Virus record (IMG/VR): IMGVR_UViG_3300032243_001145
Location: 51,320-115,319 of that record
Reading direction: 5' to 3' (one strand)
Length of the DNA stretch: 64,000 nucleotides
Origin: a virus
Taxonomy: Duplodnaviria; Caudoviricetes
Made by a program: the position numbers and the translations under genes. The first letter of the stretch is position 1. Every line of letters begins with the position of its first letter. Shown in pieces: positions 58,684 through 64,000 of this stretch. The notes beneath the pieces were generated by a model that worked only from the letters and a program-made list of their open reading frames with translations, was not told where the DNA came from and made no database searches.

Positions 58684-58884
58684 ATGTCAGCAAATGTTTA
58701 TACAATAGAAAGTCTCCTAGTGGGAAAAACTTATTATTCTCGTTCCGTAACTGGCGAAATAATTTCAGCCGAAAAAGATAATTCAGTTTGGTATTCTGAT
58801 TCAGATACTTATCTAGTGGAAATCTCTCCACGCAATTTCGGAAAAAATACTTACCGCTATTTAGCCGTAAAGACTGGAGAATAA
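58684..58884 (+). CDS. Hypothetical protein
   Basis: 66 aa, directly after promoter 3. Confidence 0.6.
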   Translation: MSANVYTIESLLVGKTYYSRSVTGEIISAEKDNSVWYSDSDTYLVEISPRNFGKNTYRYLAVKTGE

Positions 58885-59129
58885 ATAAATGGGATACATT
58901 GAAATTTTTAGAATAAATGAAGAAGGTGCTGGTTGGGTAGATTTATCCGAAGCAACACCCGATGAATTATTTCAAATCGAAATCGGATTATTAAACGAAG
59001 GAGCGTTCGAATGAACTTAGACGAATTCAAACAACACGTTATCGCACAACGTGAGGCAAGCAAGGCGCAAGCCTTGTCAGTCCTATCTGCTACAATTACA
59101 AATCAAACAAACGAAAGGGAAAACCTAAA

Positions 59130-59288
59130 ATGAGCAAAATGAAAGAATACATAGAAATAATCGCAGCAAATTGCGATGAATGCGGTGGCGCAGGATTTGT
59201 TTTTTTCGGAGACGAAAATAATTATGATGTCGAGCCTTGCGATTGTGTAAATGACGGCTCACTATTTTTGAATGGAGAAAATGACTAA
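59130..59288 (+). CDS. Small Zn-finger-like protein
   Basis: CDECGGAG...PCDC; after promoter 4; read manually. Confidence 0.55.
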   Translation: MSKMKEYIEIIAANCDECGGAGFVFFGDENNYDVEPCDCVNDGSLFLNGEND

Positions 59289-59423
59289 TGAATAAATACA
59301 CATTTGGCGTTTGGTTAGACATTGACGCAGAAGATGAAGATCAAGCGTTATCACTTTTTGATAATGTAATTAAAAACAATTTTATTTCAGACTCTTATTG
59401 TTTTGAATGGAAAGAGGTTGCTA

Positions 59424-59627
59424 ATGTATAAAATAACTTTATCCTATGACGGAAATCCGCCACATTGGCAGGGCGACTACTATGATGAAATGGAAGCGTG
59501 GTCAGCGTTTTTCAAATTTACCGACTGGGGATTTGCTGATGAATTTTCAACTGTAAATATTTACACTCCCGAATTGAAATGCTATACAAAAAACTTTTAT
59601 CGTAGCGGAATGGTGGTAGCAAAATGA
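59424..59627 (+). CDS. Hypothetical protein
   Basis: Start MYKITL with GAGG RBS. Confidence 0.55.
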   Translation: MYKITLSYDGNPPHWQGDYYDEMEAWSAFFKFTDWGFADEFSTVNIYTPELKCYTKNFYRSGMVVAK

Positions 59628-59815
59628 TGACTCGCAAACACTTTGAGGCTATTGCTGAAATTCTTAAATATAATTCTAACAAAACGCACCCCGCTGTTTT
59701 TTCTAAAATGGTTTTAGATTTTGCGGAATTATGTGCAAAAGAAAATGAAAACTTTAATGTGCAAAAATTTCATGAAGCAAGTGGATATCATGTTCCTAAC
59801 TTCTCTTCAAGATAA
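59624..59815 (+). CDS. Hypothetical phage protein
   Basis: 'MTRKHFEAIAEIL...NENFNVQKFHEA' small phage protein pattern. Confidence 0.6.
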   Translation: MMTRKHFEAIAEILKYNSNKTHPAVFSKMVLDFAELCAKENENFNVQKFHEASGYHVPNFSSR

Positions 59816-60220
59816 AGTTAAACGCATTCAGGAATTGCGTCGCAGTAATGCGGCGCAACCTGTTCGCAATAAAAAAACTTACACACGCAAGATCAAACAT
59901 AAAAATAAATATTCAGAGTAACGCATAAATATGCAGCTCGCCCGCATATGTGCGGGGTCGGGCGTGTCGGTACGATGTGATATTAATCACCCTGGAATTT
60001 TGGGCGGGTTGCAGAAAATGTCAGTGGCTTAGGCTATAATTCCAATATCAACTAACGAAAGGCTCTCTTATGGGAAACTTAATTGAAAGTATCTGCCAAC
60101 GTTGTATTGGCGAAACAAATACTTCAACACGCATAAATGAATTGTGTGAAGAACACTATTTTGAATGGGTAGAAATAAAAGGATTTAATGCACTTTCAAT
60201 GGATGAGGAGTATTTTCACC

Positions 60221-60943
60221 TTGTCTAAATTAAAACGTTCTAATGATAGAAAGGTGGCTAACCTTGTTACAAAAAATGGAAAGCAAGCCGCAATTGCGAA
60301 CACGTTCGGTCTTCCTGCAGGAAAAGATTTTTCATGTCCTGGTGCAACGTCTATCTGTGAGACTGTTTGCTACGCAGGCAAATTGGAAAAACTCTTCAAG
60401 GGAGTAAAAATTAATCTGCTACACAATTGGGAATTGTTACGCAATGCAGACAATGACACAATGGTGGCCCTATTGGATGAAATGATTGTTGATTTTATTG
60501 CAGACTGTAATAAGAAAGACGCCCCTAAATTATTCCGTATCCACTGGGACGGAGATTTTTTCAATGATACTTACACCTATGCTTGGAAGACTGTTATCGA
60601 AAAGCATTCCAATGTTCAATTTTGGGTTTATACACGAGTAAAGTCTGCAGCGCTTATTCTAAAGGATGTATCTAATCTATCTCTTTACTATTCCACCGAC
60701 GATGAGAATAAAGAAATAGCATTCGATTTAAAAACTAATTCTAAAGTTCGCCTTGCTTATCTAGGTAAAACATTCGCTGCAACAGAAGACACGATGAAAG
60801 AATTAACGGGTAAGCCTGGCGCTAAATGTCCTGAGAATTTAAAAGCAATTCCCCTTATTAGCAATGCAGGGTCCGCATGTGTATCATGTGGCCTATGTGT
60901 CTACGGTAAAGCAGACATTCGATTTTCTGCGAGTAAAAAATAA
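60221..60943 (+). CDS. GP88-like protein (Cys-rich, radical-SAM-like)
   Basis: 'CPGATSICETVCYA', 'FRIHWDGDFF', 'FWVYTR', C-terminal CxxCxxC; probable TTG start after GAGGAG. Confidence 0.7.
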   Translation: MSKLKRSNDRKVANLVTKNGKQAAIANTFGLPAGKDFSCPGATSICETVCYAGKLEKLFKGVKINLLHNWELLRNADNDTMVALLDEMIVDFIADCNKKDAPKLFRIHWDGDFFNDTYTYAWKTVIEKHSNVQFWVYTRVKSAALILKDVSNLSLYYSTDDENKEIAFDLKTNSKVRLAYLGKTFAATEDTMKELTGKPGAKCPENLKAIPLISNAGSACVSCGLCVYGKADIRFSASKK

Positions 60944-61092
60944 TGTATGACGTAATTGGATCTTTGATCGGAATTTTGCTAATTGCATTCTTGTGCTCAC
61001 CAATTGTGTTAGCAATATATATGTGGACGCATGCAAAATCAGATATAGATAATGATGGAAAAGAAGATTTGCCTAATCGTTGGGATAGGTAA
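60943..61092 (+). CDS. Small membrane protein
   Basis: 49 aa, one TM segment followed by DIDNDGKED; TAATG coupling. Confidence 0.5.
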   Translation: MYDVIGSLIGILLIAFLCSPIVLAIYMWTHAKSDIDNDGKEDLPNRWDR

Positions 61093-61280
61093 CGGCGTGT
61101 CGGCTTGACAAAGTCAAGCTGGCCCGCATATGTGAGGGGTTATCCACAGGCTTACGGCAGTTATCCACAACCCCTAGAAATGTGAGAAAATTCACAAAAG
61201 CTGCGACACGCCGAGAATGGATTAGGTAATGTCAGACCCTTACGCTATAATACTCTTATACCAACAACGAAAGGTAATAA

Positions 61281-61550
61281 ATGGGATACAACACAGCGTT
61301 AGATTTTGCAGAATTAGATTTAGAACAAGGTATTGCTATGCACTTACAAGGTAATCATTACCCGCCCGTTCCACTATCTATGGTGCAACCTTGCATAGAG
61401 GCTATTAACGCATACTATGAAGACAACAAAAGCGAAAAACTAATTGCAATGCCTGAAGGCGTATTTTATCGTGGAAAAAAGTTTGCGCCCGCTTGGGCTA
61501 TCATAGAACAACACCACCTAGACGCTTGGCTACCTGAAAGCGATTACTGA
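61281..61550 (+). CDS. Hypothetical protein
   Basis: 'HLQGNHYPPVP...IIEQHHLDAW'; after promoter 6. Confidence 0.65.
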   Translation: MGYNTALDFAELDLEQGIAMHLQGNHYPPVPLSMVQPCIEAINAYYEDNKSEKLIAMPEGVFYRGKKFAPAWAIIEQHHLDAWLPESDY

Positions 61551-61666
61551 GATCAAAACTAGGCGTGTGAGTTATCTCACACGCTTGATGTCTCGGATAA
61601 TGAGATTGGGGTTGATAGATGTCAGTCCCTAATGCTACAATACTACCTAACAAGAAAGGAAGCAAA

Positions 61667-61843
61667 ATGACAGTAAATGGATACACTTACAAGGTTGGCG
61701 ATTTATTCACCACCCTAAAGTCAAAAAAGACAGGAGTAATCAAAGAGATTATTCCTAACTCATCTGGCTCGGTGAGAGTGTTGCTAGAAATGCCAACAAA
61801 GGAAACTCGTTGGACAACAGTTAGCAACGCAAGCCTAGTCTAA
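61667..61843 (+). CDS. Small SH3/KOW-like protein
   Basis: MTVNGYTYKVGDLF...TGVIKEI; after promoter 7. Confidence 0.55.
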   Translation: MTVNGYTYKVGDLFTTLKSKKTGVIKEIIPNSSGSVRVLLEMPTKETRWTTVSNASLV

Positions 61844-61976
61844 TCAACTAGCGAAACAGGGGCAGTTTGAGAGAGTGTTCTCGCCCAATGTCGTAAGTAA
61901 GAACTCTCTCCCTTCGGGGAAATGTCAGACCCATCTGATACAATACTCAAACAAACAAACCAACGAAAGGAAACAA

Positions 61977-62393
61977 ATGAGTAGAGCAATAACAGTAAAG
62001 GTGGCAACACCAAAGGTAATCAAAGCACTAGAGGCTCGCCTTGCTGAGTTAGAAACTAACTACGCAACACAAGAAGCAAAAGAAGCAAAGCACACCAAAG
62101 CGGTAGAAGCGTGGAAAAAGGAAATTGGCAAGTGGGCTATTGCTAATTTCTCAAAGGCTGAGAACCTTCGCACAAACTATCGTTCTTGGAACAACACTCT
62201 CAATGTTGATTTTGACATCATCACAAAGGAAGGCACTTTCCCTACTGAACCTGAAAAAGATTTTGAGACAATTCATCAGCACTCTTATCGTGAGATGAAA
62301 GAGGACATCACAAATGCTCTCACAATTCTCAAGATGACAGATGAGGAAACAGTAAATGCTTCTACAATGAAGCAAATTGCTAAGTATCTCTAA
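61977..62393 (+). CDS. Hypothetical coiled-coil protein
   Basis: Start MSRAIT after GAAAGGA RBS and promoter 8. Confidence 0.65.
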   Translation: MSRAITVKVATPKVIKALEARLAELETNYATQEAKEAKHTKAVEAWKKEIGKWAIANFSKAENLRTNYRSWNNTLNVDFDIITKEGTFPTEPEKDFETIHQHSYREMKEDITNALTILKMTDEETVNASTMKQIAKYL

Positions 62394-62403
62394 TTAGAGA
62401 TTT

Positions 62404-62436
62404 GGTGCTGGGTATCACCTAAGAGTAAAACTGCCC
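62404..62436 (+). ncRNA. H-type pseudoknot motif, copy 1
   Basis: GGTG-CTGGGTAT-CACC...AAAAC-TGCCC. Confidence 0.5.
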
Positions 62437-62470
62437 ACCCTTCGGGGTAACTACTAACAAAGGTAATACA

Positions 62471-62731
62471 ATGGCAAATCGTTTTAGAATAGAAATCTAT
62501 GACGCAAATAAAGCAAATGACATCACGATTTATTCGGATCAAGGTGTTGATAAAGAATATTTAACTGAATTAGTATTTAGTAACATCAGAAACTTTAGCG
62601 GAAAAATAAATGCTTATGTTTTTGATAACGTAAAGAAAAAGAAAACAACTGCTATGTTTCTTGATGAAGATACAGTACAGTTTAATAAAAACTTAATTAA
62701 CAATGCGACAAAGGTAGAGTTAGGGAGTTAA
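62471..62731 (+). CDS. Hypothetical protein
   Basis: 86 aa with AAAGGT RBS. Confidence 0.6.
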   Translation: MANRFRIEIYDANKANDITIYSDQGVDKEYLTELVFSNIRNFSGKINAYVFDNVKKKKTTAMFLDEDTVQFNKNLINNATKVELGS

Positions 62732-62910
62732 TCCCTAGCTCCGCCCCCGCTTTTGAGGGGTTATCCACAATGTTACGACAACCTGTGGAAAACCCTGAAA
62801 TTTTGTGAGATTACTCACATGGATCAAATCGGACAAATGACTAACTAATCTAGACAATGTCAGTGGCGCCTGTTATACTTACATCAACAACTAAACGAAA
62901 GGAAATAAAT

Positions 62911-63915
62911 ATGGCTCATAATCTAGAAATGGAAAATGGCGAAGTTGCTTTTGCTCTTCGTGGTGCTCCTGCTTGGCATAATCTTGCCAATCGCATCTTC
63001 ACAAAAGATGAGGAAGTTACAACTGCAACAATGCTTGAAGAGGCAAAGTTAGCAAATTGGAATGTTCGCTTATCACCAATTACCGAACACATTCCAGAAT
63101 CTTGGAATGATGTATCTACCGCATCTCTTGTCATTCGTGACAATCCATTCAATCAAGGAACTGATGTTCTCGCAACTGTTGGCAAGCGTTACAAGCCTGT
63201 GCAAAATGAAGAACTATTTGCATTTGCTGATGCAATTCACGATGCCAATGCTGATTGCCGTTGGGAATCTGCTGGCTCATTAAAAAAGGGTAAAGTAGTA
63301 TTTGGAACTGTGGACATTCCACGCACAATGGTTCTTGACCCACAAGGTGCTAACGATGAGACAAAACTTTATCTTATCGTATGGACATCACACGACGGTT
63401 CTGTTGCTGTTCAAGCAGCAGTTACACCTGTTCGTGTTGTATGCCAAAATACACTAAACCTTGCAATGAAAAATGCTAAGCAATCTTTCAAGATTCGCCA
63501 CACGCAATCTGTTGAAGGTCGCATTCAAGTTGCTCGTGAAACTCTTGGGCTTGCTCTTGGATACTTTGATGAATTCGAAGTTGAAGCAAAAGCAATGTTT
63601 GCACAAGCAATTACTGATGCTGAATTCTCTAAGTTGATTCAGACAATCTATCCAAAGCCTGAAAAAGATGCTAAGGGTGCAATCAAGAAGTGGGAAAATA
63701 AGGTTGTTCTAATTGATGACCTTTATCATAACTCACCAACCAATGCTAACATCAAGGGAACAAAGTGGGGTGCATTCAATGCACTAACTGAACGCCTTGA
63801 TTATTATCGTTCTGGTCGTGGTAATGGTGAAACTCTTATGGCGGGTGCATCTGGTTTTGACCCAGTGCTAACTGCTGAGAAAAACAAAATCAAGAAATTG
63901 GTTTCTGCTTTCTAA
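62911..63915 (+). CDS. DUF932 / TIGR03299-like phage protein
   Basis: 'MAHNLE...PAWHNL...YKPVQN...SHDGS...TPVRVVCQNTL...GTKWGAFNALTE'. Confidence 0.8.
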   Translation: MAHNLEMENGEVAFALRGAPAWHNLANRIFTKDEEVTTATMLEEAKLANWNVRLSPITEHIPESWNDVSTASLVIRDNPFNQGTDVLATVGKRYKPVQNEELFAFADAIHDANADCRWESAGSLKKGKVVFGTVDIPRTMVLDPQGANDETKLYLIVWTSHDGSVAVQAAVTPVRVVCQNTLNLAMKNAKQSFKIRHTQSVEGRIQVARETLGLALGYFDEFEVEAKAMFAQAITDAEFSKLIQTIYPKPEKDAKGAIKKWENKVVLIDDLYHNSPTNANIKGTKWGAFNALTERLDYYRSGRGNGETLMAGASGFDPVLTAEKNKIKKLVSAF

Positions 63916-63921
63916 ATAAAT

Positions 63922-63949
63922 AAATCCTGAGCAAGATTTAAAACTGCTC
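63922..63949 (+). ncRNA. H-type pseudoknot motif, copy 2
   Basis: AAATC-CTGAGCAA-GATTT-AAAAC-TGCTC, ending just before tRNA-Asp. Confidence 0.5.
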
Positions 63950-63953
63950 GCAA

Positions 63954-64000
63954 GATTCCATAGATCAATTGGTTAGATCGCTACCCTGTCACGGTAGAGG
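63954..64000 (+). tRNA. trnD: tRNA-Asp (GUC), truncated by the window end
   Basis: D-arm GATCAATTGGTTAGATC; anticodon arm CTACC-CTGTCAC-GGTAG. Confidence 0.8.

Larger units (their letters stand above)
56912..62879 (+). promoter_or_regulatory. Array of nine TGTCAG-N10-TAnnnT promoters with upstream TGTGA-N6-TCACA, TTATCCACA and GGCGTGTCG boxes
   Basis: TGTCAG at 56976, 57252, 58630, 59075, 60019, 61230, 61620, 61923, 62858, each exactly 10 nt before a -10 hexamer and followed by an A/C-rich leader and a GAAAG(G) RBS. Confidence 0.85.

Noticed and set aside
56900-62900. CRISPR array
   Set aside because: Repeats are short motifs at irregular distances separated by genes; no constant repeat-spacer period and no cas genes.
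61619-62910. Upstream starts of listed ORFs at 61619, 61875 and 62857
   Set aside because: They begin within or upstream of the TGTCAG promoter motif; SD-supported starts are 61667, 61977 and 62911.
1-64000. Alternative genetic code / stop-codon reassignment
   Set aside because: Genes are full-length and densely packed under the standard code, and TAA, TAG and TGA are all used as stops.

Overview
A 64-kb, AT-rich segment of a large tailed dsDNA phage (siphovirus-like). The host is most likely actinobacterial, inferred from a GP88-like gene, a DUF932 gene, a class II RNR, several leaderless transcripts and WhiA/CRP-like sites. Positions 1-48.4 kb are a minus-strand late/structural arm: tail tip, a 3361-aa tape measure protein carrying enzyme domains, frameshifted tail chaperones, tail tube, neck, capsid, protease/scaffold, portal, many fibre genes, holin and nrdJ. 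Inside the fibre genes is a tightly coupled operon in which an FN3 / (Pro-Pro-Phe-Phe)-repeat / Hint-domain protein is followed by a sulfotransferase-like gene, six Fe(II)/2OG oxygenases and two DUF6065-like genes. Positions 48.5-56.8 kb carry a secreted lysozyme-like protein, a candidate sRNA, a second tailoring cluster (flavin halogenase, sulfotransferases, SGNH hydrolase, oxygenases) and tRNA-Ile(UAU). Positions 56.9-64 kb are a plus-strand, early-type region of microproteins. It is driven by nine copies of an unusual TGTCAG-N10-TAnnnT promoter and is decorated with CRP-, DnaA- and WhiA-like boxes and covarying RNA pseudoknots, ending in a truncated tRNA-Asp. All family assignments come from motif recognition by eye; no database search was run.
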